A stretch of DNA of 64,000 nt from an uncultured bacterium (GCA_913009335.1 CAJVXN010000005.1:110-64109), one strand, 5' to 3'. Counted from the first letter of the stretch, positions 27,929-38,529 are shown. Made by a program: numbers and translations. The notes: generated from the sequence alone by a model not told the origin.

Positions 27929-29518
27929 GTGGTAGAAATAATTATAAAAAAAGAAGAAAGAATTGATTGGCAAAAGGAAATTGCCAAAAGATCTATATCT
28001 GACGCGAAGCAATGGCAGATAAAAGAATATCGCCGCTGCGCCGAAGATAAAGAATATTGGTTTAATAATTATGTATGGGTAATTAATACTAATATAAAAA
28101 CAGGCGATGCGATAATCCCTTTTAAACTTTGGCTCCACCAAATAAAATTGTTAAAGCAACTCGATAAATATATGGATTTGTTTATCGATAAAGCAAGAAA
28201 GCTAGGCATATCTTGGTGTGTTATGGGATGGGAACTTCATCAGGTACTTTATACTAAGGTATTTACTGCGTTAAATATCTCCCGTAAAGAATCAGAAGTC
28301 CAAGATCCGGGAAATACTTTTCATTCTTTGCATGGCCGCCTTCATTTCATGTATAAGAGATTGCCGCCTTTTTTACAACCTAGAATACACAATCCGTTTC
28401 TTACATTTTCTGTTCCATCTATGAATTCAATAATAAGAGGCGAATCAGCTAATCGTAACGCGGGCCGTGATACACAGTATAAATTTGTACTTATAGATGA
28501 AGCGGCGCACGTAGAGTGTTTAGACGAGATGTTCAAAGGTGTAAGAAATGCTACAAACGCGATGTGCCTTAATTCCACTCCGCCTAAAGAGAGCGTGAAT
28601 AATAAATTCGCTGAAATAAAAGATATGAAGAATTCAGGATTTATTAAAATGAGATTCAAATGGAATGAAAATCCTGAACATACACAGGAATGGTTTAATA
28701 AAAAAACCGCATCGATGACAGAAGAAGAAATCGCGCAAGAATTATTGATAGGATATGATAAAGCGATGACGAATAGGTCATATCCAGAGTACGCTGATGC
28801 TCAACATCTTTTAGGGCATAAAGTTTATCTTAATCCTAAATCAAAATTGTATGCTTTTATGGATTTCGGCCTTGACGGCGAAGGATGGATTTTCGCGCAA
28901 AAAGATTTTCAGGATAGGTTATTCTGTATTTATTACGAAATATTTAAAAATAAATTAACTCCGGAGCTTTATGCTGAATTTATAAAAAGCCTTGATGCGA
29001 TAGGTTATACTGGGTTGATAAGCGACATTGTTTTTATTGGTGATAAATCCGGCAACAAAAGAAGCCGGTTGACTAAGACAAGTGTGATAGATGATTGGAA
29101 GAAAGTATCAAATGGCGAGATTGTAATCCACACAAGGGAATTATCCAATGATGAAAAAATGCGGTGTGTAAAAATGTGTTTTAAGAAATACATTAATGGC
29201 CGGCCGCAATTTAATATATCAAATTCTCCGACATGTCTTGAATTGGCCAAATGCATAAAGAACGTTACATTGAATAAGACCGGAGCGGATCATATAGATA
29301 ATAAGCATACGCATGCTGTAAATATGTTAGAATATGGAATAAATTATATATTCCCAAAAACCAAAGCGGCAGGGATCCTTGTAGAATTGAATCCAGGAGA
29401 TGAAGTAAAAGATAATGATGGAAAAACAATCGGTAAAGTATCTAATACTGTACGCGCGGCTTCTGCTTCTGCCGCGATAGGATCTCATAGAATAGAAAGG
29501 ATTAGTTTATATGCTTAA
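27929..29518 (+). CDS. terL: terminase large subunit
   Basis: KARKLGISW, VLIDEAA, LNSTP, nuclease MDFG. Confidence 0.9.
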   Translation: MVEIIIKKEERIDWQKEIAKRSISDAKQWQIKEYRRCAEDKEYWFNNYVWVINTNIKTGDAIIPFKLWLHQIKLLKQLDKYMDLFIDKARKLGISWCVMGWELHQVLYTKVFTALNISRKESEVQDPGNTFHSLHGRLHFMYKRLPPFLQPRIHNPFLTFSVPSMNSIIRGESANRNAGRDTQYKFVLIDEAAHVECLDEMFKGVRNATNAMCLNSTPPKESVNNKFAEIKDMKNSGFIKMRFKWNENPEHTQEWFNKKTASMTEEEIAQELLIGYDKAMTNRSYPEYADAQHLLGHKVYLNPKSKLYAFMDFGLDGEGWIFAQKDFQDRLFCIYYEIFKNKLTPELYAEFIKSLDAIGYTGLISDIVFIGDKSGNKRSRLTKTSVIDDWKKVSNGEIVIHTRELSNDEKMRCVKMCFKKYINGRPQFNISNSPTCLELAKCIKNVTLNKTGADHIDNKHTHAVNMLEYGINYIFPKTKAAGILVELNPGDEVKDNDGKTIGKVSNTVRAASASAAIGSHRIERISLYA

Positions 29519-30899
29519 AAAAAGTAAGAAATTAAAAGAGTCCAGTTCTATTGAATTGGCAGGAGATAAAGTTATTTCTTTTAAAGAAAGAGAAAAAAGA
29601 TCAATAGAATTAAAGAATCGCATAGCCGAATCATATCCTATGGTAGGCGGCGCGTCTGATGATAATTTATGGCGATCACTGAATCAATTAACAAATCGTG
29701 ATTTATATACTCTCACGCAAAAAAGGATGCAGGATATAGCATTTTTTCTTTATGATTCAAATCCTATGGCTAAAAGGATTTTAGAGATTATGCGTGATTT
29801 TGTAGTAGGCGATGGTTTTAAATATTCAGTTGTAGATCCCGGGGTTAAAGAAGTTATTGATAATTTCTGGAATGATCCAGATAATAATTTAGATGAAGAA
29901 TTAGATACAAATGTTTTAGAATTGGGAATATTTGGAGAACTATGTCTTCCTACGTGGGTTAATGGGGCAGACGGATCCGTGAAATTAGGATATATTGATC
30001 CTGTTACTATATTAAGAGTATTCAAGGATAAATCAAATCCTAAGATACATCGTAAATTAAGATGGAAAAAACCGAAAAGTCCTAAAGAAATAGATTTAGA
30101 TATTATAAATATAGACAAAAGAATAACATCGAAAACGGAAGGTAAATTAATAGGAGAATGTTTTTTCTTTGCTATTAATAAGGTAAGCGGCGCTACTCGC
30201 GGAAGAAGCGATTTATTAAGTTTGGCTGATTGGTTAGATGGGCATGATCAATTTCTTTTTGCCCGATTAGAAAGAGCATTTTTAATAAACACATTCATCT
30301 GGGATATTACCTGTGAAGATATGAATGAAAAAGAATTAAAAGAATTTGTTAAAGGTTTAACACTACCAAAATCAGGATCAATAAGAGCGCATAATCAAAA
30401 GATAAAATGGGAAGCTATAGTTCCTAAATTAGAATCTGACGATGCCTCAAATGAAGCAAGACTATTTAAAAATCAGATATTAGGCGGAGCTGGCTATCCG
30501 GAACATTGGTTTTCAGAGGGAGGTAAGACTACGAGGGCTACGGCCCTAGAGATGGGGCTTCCTACTCTTAAAAAATTAAAATCACGCCAAAGGAAATTCA
30601 TTGGTTTTTTAAAAAGGATACTTAATTATGTTATAGACCAGGCAATAATTGCCGGAACATTAAAAGAAGGTGTAAATCGTGAATTTAAAATTATCCCTAC
30701 ACCTATTGTTTCGAGGGATAATAAAGGCGTATCAGAAGCGATGTCTGGATTAGTTTCCGGTTTAGTTCTAGCAAAAGAACAAGGATGGATTACTGACAAA
30801 AAAGCAAAAGTGGTTCTCAATGCCGTACTTTCTCAATTAGGCGTTGAAATGGAAGCTGATGAAGAAGAAAAGAAGGAGGAGAAACAAAATGAAGAATAG
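29511..30899 (+). CDS. portal protein
   Basis: Follows TerL; NPMAKRI...FVVGDG, RGRSDL, GYPEHW. Confidence 0.85.
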   Translation: MLKKSKKLKESSSIELAGDKVISFKEREKRSIELKNRIAESYPMVGGASDDNLWRSLNQLTNRDLYTLTQKRMQDIAFFLYDSNPMAKRILEIMRDFVVGDGFKYSVVDPGVKEVIDNFWNDPDNNLDEELDTNVLELGIFGELCLPTWVNGADGSVKLGYIDPVTILRVFKDKSNPKIHRKLRWKKPKSPKEIDLDIINIDKRITSKTEGKLIGECFFFAINKVSGATRGRSDLLSLADWLDGHDQFLFARLERAFLINTFIWDITCEDMNEKELKEFVKGLTLPKSGSIRAHNQKIKWEAIVPKLESDDASNEARLFKNQILGGAGYPEHWFSEGGKTTRATALEMGLPTLKKLKSRQRKFIGFLKRILNYVIDQAIIAGTLKEGVNREFKIIPTPIVSRDNKGVSEAMSGLVSGLVLAKEQGWITDKKAKVVLNAVLSQLGVEMEADEEEKKEEKQNEE

Positions 30900-32094
30900 T
30901 TTAAAATTTATCGCTGAATCAAAAGATAATTTAAAATTACTTAATGAGTTAGACTCAATTATAAATACTAAGGAATCAAAGGATGTAGAAGAATTAAATA
31001 GTTTGTTCAATAAAACAATGTATAAAGTAATTAAAGCAGGAATAAAGAGTATTGATTTTGATAAATTATCTGCTTCTGCGAAAAATTTATTAGTGGGTTT
31101 TATCTCGGGCCTTAAGCCTAAAGAAGATGTTAATGCTAAAGAAATTTTAAATAAAATTCTTAGTAGTTACGCGTCTAAAAGGCGCGGAGAAGAAATCAGT
31201 GAAACATTTGATCAAATAAGACAATCATTTAAGGATTGTGTTAAAAAAATGATTGAATCAGGAGATACCGATTTTCAACCTGATAATCTTTCTCCATTTG
31301 CAAAAGAGTTGTTTGATAAATATACAGAATATAAATATCTTGCTTCTCAACCCAATGGAGATACTCAAGCATTTTCAACATTGAAAAAATTAAAAGACAG
31401 TAAAATAGAATATAAAGAATGCAAACTTCTAATAGTGATGAAGGAATCTGAAAAGAAAATTGGGAATTTTGGATATCATCATCAATGGTTTAAAGGAAAG
31501 GGATCAGAAGGAAAGAGTATTGAACAGTTTATTTTGTCAACTGATTTGAATATGGATTTGTATCTTGACAAAAATATCTTAGAAGAATCTTTTAAGGAGT
31601 CCAGTTTTTATATTAGGCCTTCAAAAGATAATGTATATAGAATAAGTGAGAGCGTAATGTTCATGTCTCCTAATTCTGAATTCAATATTACATCTATGCC
31701 TTCATGGATAAAAAGCTTGGATAAAGGTAAGATATCCATATTAGAAAGTACAGAATTAGAGAAAAGAATAGAGTTGCATGGAGATAGCATAAGCGGAGTA
31801 TTTATTGCAAAACGTAAAGACGAGAATAGCGACTTCTGGAATTTGATAAAAGAAGCTAAACATTCTCATGATAAATGCATGGAATGTTCTAATTCTCCAA
31901 CTAAAGAAATATTATGGGCCGAAGGTAAAGCTCATGCTTGGTTTTGTAATGAACATCTTGAATCTTGGAAAAAAGAAAAAGACGGATGGCATGAAATTGA
32001 TGCAATGAAGGAAATACAAAATGGGGTGGCTGCTAGTAAATTTGCGGAGAATTCTAATCCTAATATAAAAGATAGTATTTTTAATGAAAAATAA
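30889..32094 (+). CDS. hypothetical head-region protein (weak LigD-phosphoesterase-like C-terminal half)
   Basis: DKGKI...IELHGDSISGVFIAKR; located between portal and capsid genes. Confidence 0.45.
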   Translation: MKNSLKFIAESKDNLKLLNELDSIINTKESKDVEELNSLFNKTMYKVIKAGIKSIDFDKLSASAKNLLVGFISGLKPKEDVNAKEILNKILSSYASKRRGEEISETFDQIRQSFKDCVKKMIESGDTDFQPDNLSPFAKELFDKYTEYKYLASQPNGDTQAFSTLKKLKDSKIEYKECKLLIVMKESEKKIGNFGYHHQWFKGKGSEGKSIEQFILSTDLNMDLYLDKNILEESFKESSFYIRPSKDNVYRISESVMFMSPNSEFNITSMPSWIKSLDKGKISILESTELEKRIELHGDSISGVFIAKRKDENSDFWNLIKEAKHSHDKCMECSNSPTKEILWAEGKAHAWFCNEHLESWKKEKDGWHEIDAMKEIQNGVAASKFAENSNPNIKDSIFNEK

Positions 32095-32102
32095 AAAAAT
32101 AC

Positions 32103-32160
32103 TTGACAAACTATCTTTTTTCAGGCTATACTTTAAATAGTTATCCACAGGTTATCCACA
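32103..32160 (+). promoter_or_regulatory. capsid-gene sigma70 promoter followed by two DnaA boxes
   Basis: TTGACA 32103, TATACT 32127, TTATCCACA at 32141 and 32152. Confidence 0.75.
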
Positions 32161-32246
32161 GGAATATTATACCATTTGAACCGGCAACATCCGGAAAATA
32201 GCAATAAGTTGATTAAGTAAGTAAGAATTGCCGGAGAAATGATATA

Positions 32247-34850
32247 ATGAAGTTTCTGCAAAACACTATCGCATCATTTTTAGAAAGCACATCTTCCGGA
32301 AATAGATGGAAGGTGATGATAATTGAAGAAGGCCTTTCTAAAAACGGTAAATTCTACACGAAAGAAGCCCTCCAGAAATCAATTCCTCTTTTTGAAAAAT
32401 CAAAAGTTTGTTTCTATGAATGGAAAGGTAAACAATTCGATCATATTCCATTATCAATAGAAAAAATGCGCCCGGAAGGATTCCCGCTGCAGACAGCAGG
32501 ATGGCTCGATAATGTTAAATTCGAAACCATTAAAGTTGAAGGCCGGGAAGTTACCGGCCTTACAGGAAGCCTGCATTTATTGGAGAATGACAAGGTTAAA
32601 CAATTAAAAGATACTCTTGTCAACGCATGGCAGAAGGGATTGAAGAATTTTCTGGGTTTATCAATAAACGCGGAAGGCCCATCGAGTGTGCGGATGTTAA
32701 ACGGCCAACCGATATCTGTAGTATCAGGTATAACGAAAGTATTTAGTACGGATTTTGTAACTCAACCCGCAGCCGGCGGGGGGTTACTTAAATTAATTGA
32801 AAGCTTAAACAACACAGGAGGGGAAGAAAAAATGTTTAAGAAGTTATTGGAAGCATTAAAGTTGTACAATCCAAAAATAATGGAAAGCATTGATGTTAAT
32901 AACATCACAGCAGAAGAAGTATTGAGCCTCTTTGAATCAGTTCTTAAAGAAGCCAAAGAAAAGAATTCTGATAAGGTAAAAGAAATCGAAGCCATAGTTG
33001 GCAAGATGAAAGATAAGAAATACGAAGAGGCAGAAACATTAATTAACTCCTTAGTTAAAACAAAAGAAGGCAAAAAAGAACTTTCAGATTCTGATTTGCT
33101 TGCGGCAAAAGAAGCTGAATTGAATCCTAAACAGCTTAAGAAAAAGAAAGAGCTTGAAAAAGCAAAAGCCGACGCTAAAGAAGCTGAAGAAACAGCTGCC
33201 AAAACAAAGAAAGAAGCCGAGGATCTTAAAAATAAAGATTTAGAAGGCAAAATGGCCGCTTTAGATAAGAAAATCAAGCAGAGAGAATGCAAGGATATGC
33301 TTGATTTAGCTCTTGATGAAAGTAAATTGCCTATGGCAATTCAAAATAAAATACGTAAGACATTCGCGAGTAAAGTCTTTGAATCAAAAGACTTAAAAGA
33401 ATCGATTGATCTTGAAAGATCAACATTGGCTAAATTAATTGAAAGTGGAAGCCATATTGATTTAGGCGGAGACGGCGGAGGCGGTGTATTTATCCAAAGA
33501 GAACCTGTTACGAGATTACAGGCGTCTCTTGATTTGACTCTTGGTTTCAAGCCGGAAGATATCGATGGGGATAATTATAAAGACATAGATGCCTTCGGTT
33601 CTTTAAGGGAAGCGTATGTCGCGTATACTGATGATCCGGGAATCAGCGGACAATTAGGGACCAAGGCAGTCGCAAGATTGCAGGAAGCCACAGAAGCAAA
33701 CTTTTCTTACGCATTAGGTTATTCGATGCAGAGAAGAATGCTTCCTGATTACAAGAAGCTTGATCCTCTATGGAAAAAAATAGCTATATCAGTTCCGATT
33801 AAGGATTTCAAATTACAGGAAAGAATCAGATGGGGCGGTTTTGGAGTATTGCCGACAGTCCAGAATGCAAGGACAGTTGCCGGAACGCCTATTGATTCTG
33901 CTACTCCTACTTATCCTGAACTTGGATTCCCGACTGACCAGGAAGCCACCTATGCGGTTGGCACCAAGGGCGGTATCGTTACCGTAACTCGTAGGATGAT
34001 AATTGATGATGATTTGAAGGTTCTTACGAAAATTCCCGGGAAGATAGGTAAAGCCGCGGCTATGACATTGAATCAGTTCGCGTTTGATTTGATGTTAAGT
34101 TATAATTCCTCTGGAATTAATGCGGCTACGATTTATGATAGTATAGCTCTTTATGCGACAGCGCATAAAAATAAAAGAACAGGCTCATTAGGATATGATA
34201 ACCTTTCTACTCTACTTGACGATATGTACAATCAGGCAGAGCTTGGATATAAAAGTGATAGCACTAATGATCCGTTAGCATCCGGAGGGACTACTCTTAA
34301 TGTTACAGCCGGAACTGGCCAGTATTTTAAAGCCGGTGATTTAATATGGCTGGCTGGTGAAATATGTAGAGTAGACAGCGTTTCAACCGACGCTTTAACA
34401 ATAGCAAGAGGAGTATTTGGAACTACCGCAGCACAGCACGCAATAGGCACTGATGTATGGAAGATTAGTCAGATTTTAGCGTTACAGAATCCTAATCTTT
34501 GGGTGCCTCGCAGCTTGCGCGGAACAGCTTTACAGCTGAAAAATTCTGAATTTAATCCTGAACAGTTGGAAAGAGCAGTCAACACAATAAGAGATTCATT
34601 TGAAGTAACGGATGCTACTCCGTATTTAAGAGGCGATGAAAATAACTATTATCTGTCAGCGCAGCCAGGCGACGTTGAAGGTATCGAAATAGGATTCCTA
34701 AACGGAAAAGAAGATCCAGAGTTATTAGTTCAGGATCAACCTACAGTCGGCAATGTGTTTGTGTATGATACGATTAGATATAAGGTGCGTCATGAGTACG
34801 GCGGTGCGGTTGTTGATTATCGCGCCTTTGCAGCTTCAATAGTAGCTTAA
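32247..34850 (+). CDS. fused prohead protease-scaffold-major capsid protein (Mu gpT-like)
   Basis: N-terminal GLSKNG/GLSINA/STDFVTQPAAGG, Lys/Glu-rich coil, C-terminal RRMIIDDDL...IRYKVRHEYGG. Confidence 0.88.
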   Translation: MKFLQNTIASFLESTSSGNRWKVMIIEEGLSKNGKFYTKEALQKSIPLFEKSKVCFYEWKGKQFDHIPLSIEKMRPEGFPLQTAGWLDNVKFETIKVEGREVTGLTGSLHLLENDKVKQLKDTLVNAWQKGLKNFLGLSINAEGPSSVRMLNGQPISVVSGITKVFSTDFVTQPAAGGGLLKLIESLNNTGGEEKMFKKLLEALKLYNPKIMESIDVNNITAEEVLSLFESVLKEAKEKNSDKVKEIEAIVGKMKDKKYEEAETLINSLVKTKEGKKELSDSDLLAAKEAELNPKQLKKKKELEKAKADAKEAEETAAKTKKEAEDLKNKDLEGKMAALDKKIKQRECKDMLDLALDESKLPMAIQNKIRKTFASKVFESKDLKESIDLERSTLAKLIESGSHIDLGGDGGGGVFIQREPVTRLQASLDLTLGFKPEDIDGDNYKDIDAFGSLREAYVAYTDDPGISGQLGTKAVARLQEATEANFSYALGYSMQRRMLPDYKKLDPLWKKIAISVPIKDFKLQERIRWGGFGVLPTVQNARTVAGTPIDSATPTYPELGFPTDQEATYAVGTKGGIVTVTRRMIIDDDLKVLTKIPGKIGKAAAMTLNQFAFDLMLSYNSSGINAATIYDSIALYATAHKNKRTGSLGYDNLSTLLDDMYNQAELGYKSDSTNDPLASGGTTLNVTAGTGQYFKAGDLIWLAGEICRVDSVSTDALTIARGVFGTTAAQHAIGTDVWKISQILALQNPNLWVPRSLRGTALQLKNSEFNPEQLERAVNTIRDSFEVTDATPYLRGDENNYYLSAQPGDVEGIEIGFLNGKEDPELLVQDQPTVGNVFVYDTIRYKVRHEYGGAVVDYRAFAASIVA

Positions 34851-34935
34851 CCCAATTAATGGCGATGGCCGGGTAGCCTGCCCGCTGCCCGGTACAGCTT
34901 TTAAGCTGGAAAATGCTTAATATTAAGGAGGAAAC

Positions 34936-35286
34936 ATGGCTAAAAGATCTAGATTAAAATATGTTTTTGCAGAACAAAGAGGTACTGCTTATTCAGTATC
35001 AGCCGATACGACATTGACTACTGCTAACATAAATTCCGACGGTTATAGTTTTATTAAAATAAGCGGTGCGTTTACGCTTACTTTACCAGCGGCAGAAGAT
35101 GTATTAAAAGGTACTAGACTTATTGTCTTTGGAGATAATGCGAATTCCAAAGTAGCTGTAGTCGCGGGATTTGGCGGCGGCGGCGGAAGTTATGATACTG
35201 TAACAATAGGGGCCTATTGCGCTATACGCTTTTGGTGCGATGGATCTCAATGGTATGCTTTATCTGAAAGCGTATCCGCTTCTTAA
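34936..35286 (+). CDS. putative head decoration protein, paralog A (no Ser tail)
   Basis: Follows capsid gene; TLTLPA, FWCDGSQWY. Confidence 0.6.
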   Translation: MAKRSRLKYVFAEQRGTAYSVSADTTLTTANINSDGYSFIKISGAFTLTLPAAEDVLKGTRLIVFGDNANSKVAVVAGFGGGGGSYDTVTIGAYCAIRFWCDGSQWYALSESVSAS

Positions 35287-35348
35287 TGGCTATAGCTTTT
35301 AAGTTATGCTATTAAGCTGAAAAATGCTTAATATTAAGGGGGATGTAA

Positions 35349-35888
35349 ATGGCTAAAAGAATAAGATTTAAATACTTTCTCGCTCAACAGCGAGGAGGAA
35401 CTTCGTTAGATAAGTCCGCTGATTATACGCTTACCGAAAATGATATCCTGCAATTAGGATATTCTTTTATTAAATTAGATACTAATGCTAAATTAACTTT
35501 GCCAGCTGTTACATCTGCGTTAAAAGGCATTAGTATTTATGTGCATTGTACGGATAGAGGATATGTGGAATGTACTCCCGGATTTGGCGGCGGCGGCGGA
35601 AGTTATGATACTGTAAATTTATATCAGTACGATACTGTTGAATTTTGGTGCGACGGAACTTATTGGTACGCGTTATCAGAGAATGTAACTGCGGCTGGAT
35701 CTTCTTCTTCTTCAAGTTCAAGCAGTTCAAATAATTCATCAAGTTCATCAAGCCGTAGTTCAAGTTCATCAAGCCGTAGTTCTTCTAGTTCAAGCAGATC
35801 AAGCTCTTCTAGTTCAAGCAGTTCGAACTCCAGCTCTTCTAGCAGTTCAAGCAGCTTAAGCAGTTCATCTAGCTCAAGCACTAAGTAA
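35349..35888 (+). CDS. putative head decoration protein, paralog B with 60-residue poly-Ser tail
   Basis: Paralog of 34936 gene; Ser tract 35700-35879. Confidence 0.65.
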   Translation: MAKRIRFKYFLAQQRGGTSLDKSADYTLTENDILQLGYSFIKLDTNAKLTLPAVTSALKGISIYVHCTDRGYVECTPGFGGGGGSYDTVNLYQYDTVEFWCDGTYWYALSENVTAAGSSSSSSSSSSNNSSSSSSRSSSSSSRSSSSSSRSSSSSSSSSNSSSSSSSSSLSSSSSSSTK

Positions 35889-35898
35889 GGAGTAAAGA

Positions 35899-36213
35899 AT
35901 GGCAAATCCTACATATAGATGTCCATGGAAACAAAACGCGGGAATTGGAATAACTTGCGAGAATGTAGATTGTGGCGGATATAATTTTAGAAAAGAAGAT
36001 TGCAATTTAATTATGGCCGCCCGCAAGAGCGTAAGAATGTCCGGAGCTCCTGCAAGAGATAGTATAGTAGATGGTGTAACTGATTATTCTAGTTCATCAA
36101 GTTCATATTCATCCAGTTCAAGTTCGTCTAGTTCCATATCATCTTCGTCAAGCTCAAGTTCTAAATCAACATCTTCTTCTAGCTCGAGTTCATCCAGCTC
36201 AAGCACGAAGTAG
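35899..36213 (+). CDS. Cys-rich small protein with poly-Ser tail
   Basis: Four Cys; Ser tract 36088-36204 ending STK. Confidence 0.65.
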   Translation: MANPTYRCPWKQNAGIGITCENVDCGGYNFRKEDCNLIMAARKSVRMSGAPARDSIVDGVTDYSSSSSSYSSSSSSSSSISSSSSSSSKSTSSSSSSSSSSSTK

Positions 36214-36224
36214 CGGAGGCAGCA

Positions 36225-36947
36225 ATGGAAATGACGAAAGAAGACTATTTAACTAGGATAGATACTATGTTACAGGATGAAGCAGAAAAATTACAGCCTG
36301 ATGATAAGGATAGGTTCTTATCTCAGGCTGTTTCTATGTATTCAAAAGATAGGCCCCGGGAATTGATACATGAAATAACCGGAGATGCATCGGCTTATGA
36401 TTTTAGCTTACCATCTGATTGGGTAGCTGGATTTTCAGGGCTTGTTAGCCGAGTGGAATATCCCGCTGATGATTATCAAAATCCTATATATATTGAAGAA
36501 GATGAATGGGATTTTTTTAAAAAATTAGTTAACGATGTAACTACTACTTATTTTCGATTCACTACGTTTACACCGGCGAACGGTAAAATAGCAAGGTTTT
36601 TATATACAGTTCCTCATACTTTAAATGAGAGTACAAATACCATTACAGATAATGATATAGACGCAGTTGTAAATTTAACTGCTGCTCTTTGTTTTTGGGC
36701 TCTTGCGGCAAAATTCGCGCAGACGATAGATCCTGTAATCGACGCTGATGTTATTGATTATCAGCGTAAAACTGACCTCTATACATCATTAGCCAAAGAT
36801 AAATTGGCTATATACAATTCCTTAATGGGAATAGGTGAAGAGGCAAAAGGCAGCGCGGCGGCCACCGCCGGCGTTGCGGTTAAGGATCTAGATATTGCTT
36901 TTCCCTGGGGTGAAGATTATCTTACACATCCCATGAGGCAGCGCTAA
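36225..36947 (+). CDS. head-tail adaptor (putative)
   Basis: Synteny, helical termini. Confidence 0.55.
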   Translation: MEMTKEDYLTRIDTMLQDEAEKLQPDDKDRFLSQAVSMYSKDRPRELIHEITGDASAYDFSLPSDWVAGFSGLVSRVEYPADDYQNPIYIEEDEWDFFKKLVNDVTTTYFRFTTFTPANGKIARFLYTVPHTLNESTNTITDNDIDAVVNLTAALCFWALAAKFAQTIDPVIDADVIDYQRKTDLYTSLAKDKLAIYNSLMGIGEEAKGSAAATAGVAVKDLDIAFPWGEDYLTHPMRQR

Positions 36948-37039
36948 CCTTCCCCAAAGCAAAGATATAGAGGATAAGGCGGAGATAAGGACATACCAAA
37001 TAGTGCGATGTACAAGTCTACTCTCTCCTTATAAAAATA

Positions 37040-37498
37040 ATGTCCTTAAGCACAATTAGAGCCAAAATTAAAACTGAAATAAAAACAGTTATTACTTCCA
37101 GCGTTGGAACTGTTTATGATTATAAAAGATTTTGCAATGATTTAGTTACTTATAATACTTTATTTGTACGCGGAAAAAAAGTAAATACGTGGGAAATAGA
37201 AAGAGAATCTTTTTCACGCATAGAACATGGAGGTGCAGGTGGTGTAGAAAAAATTACTCATAATTTTATAATACGCGGTTTTTACGCGCTTGATGACTCA
37301 GTTGGCAGCGATAAAATATTTCAAGATGATTATGTAGAACCGATAGGCAGACTTTTTATGAATAACCCGACACTTGACGGCGTTTGCGATATAATAAATC
37401 TTCCTCTTACAGGGGCTATAACAATGAAGATGTTAGGCGCCGTTTTATGTCATAGTTGTGAAATCAAACTAGCAATAACAGAAAGAAGAATTTTTTAA
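37040..37498 (+). CDS. tail terminator/completion protein (putative)
   Basis: Synteny; NPTLDG motif. Confidence 0.55.
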   Translation: MSLSTIRAKIKTEIKTVITSSVGTVYDYKRFCNDLVTYNTLFVRGKKVNTWEIERESFSRIEHGGAGGVEKITHNFIIRGFYALDDSVGSDKIFQDDYVEPIGRLFMNNPTLDGVCDIINLPLTGAITMKMLGAVLCHSCEIKLAITERRIF

Positions 37499-37518
37499 CT
37501 AGAAAGGAGTTTTAAATC

Positions 37519-38517
37519 ATGTCAAAAATAACACGTGTAGCTCAATTAGCAGGTAAGATAGAAAGCGTAAGTGGAACAGCTGAATCTTTAACCGCAAGCG
37601 AAGCAACGTTACTGGCCTATGAACCAGTGATGAATTTGGCTCCGGAGCAATTCAAGAGAGATCCGGTAGTCAAGCACATGTCAAGGTTTCAATCTGAACC
37701 CGGTGCAAGAAAAATGGATTTGACTTTCAAGGCAGAACTCATGGGTCCTCTATCAGGAGCAAAAGGTGTAACGCTTCCAATTACTCCATATTTAAGGGCT
37801 TGCGGCTTCTCTGAAAGTCTTTCAGGCGGCGTAAGCAATATATATGTTCCTGTTTCAAGCAGTTTCGTTACCGCGACAATAGCGAAATACCAGGATGGTG
37901 TAAGAAAATTGATGTTAGGCTGCGCTGGCAATGTAAAATTCCAGTTTAAAGTAGGGGAACCTGTGTTCTGTGATTTTACTATGCAGGGTAAATATTCATC
38001 TCATGGCGATGTATCAATGTTATCACCGAGTTATCCGGCCCAAGTACCTCTTATGTTTATGGGTGCGACAATCAGCATATTAGGTGATACATTAGTATTA
38101 GACAATCTTGAGATAGACATGCAGAATGAAATTGTTTTATCTCCATTACCGTCTGATGTAAGCGGTATTGATTATGCTAAAATAACCGGACGTAATCCGA
38201 TAATGACATTTGATCCGGAAATGACTGCTGTTTCGAGCCACGATTTTTATTCAAAATTACTTTCACGAGCAACAGCGGCAGTAACGATTACTATCGGAGA
38301 TATAAATAGCAATAAAATAATGTTTTCTCTGCCGGCTGTAAGATATACAGGATTAGGAGAAGGAGATAGAGGGGGAATAGCAATACAAAACGCGACTTGC
38401 GAAGTTTGTAAGAATTCAGATGCCGGAAACGATGAAATCAGTATAACAATGACTTCTTCGTCTAGCTCGAGTTCTTCAATGTCTAGCTCGAGTTCTTCAT
38501 CGTCTAGTTCTACGTAA
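37519..38517 (+). CDS. major tail tube protein with C-terminal poly-Ser
   Basis: LRACG, GCAGNVKF, DMQNEI..ITGRNP tube motifs; Ser tail 38455-38511. Confidence 0.8.
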   Translation: MSKITRVAQLAGKIESVSGTAESLTASEATLLAYEPVMNLAPEQFKRDPVVKHMSRFQSEPGARKMDLTFKAELMGPLSGAKGVTLPITPYLRACGFSESLSGGVSNIYVPVSSSFVTATIAKYQDGVRKLMLGCAGNVKFQFKVGEPVFCDFTMQGKYSSHGDVSMLSPSYPAQVPLMFMGATISILGDTLVLDNLEIDMQNEIVLSPLPSDVSGIDYAKITGRNPIMTFDPEMTAVSSHDFYSKLLSRATAAVTITIGDINSNKIMFSLPAVRYTGLGEGDRGGIAIQNATCEVCKNSDAGNDEISITMTSSSSSSSSMSSSSSSSSSST

Positions 38518-38529
38518 GGAGTTTTATTT

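Noticed and set aside
36974-37032. Possible structured RNA between adaptor and tail terminator genes
   Set aside because: Only a modest hairpin and no ribozyme or riboswitch core that I can recognise.
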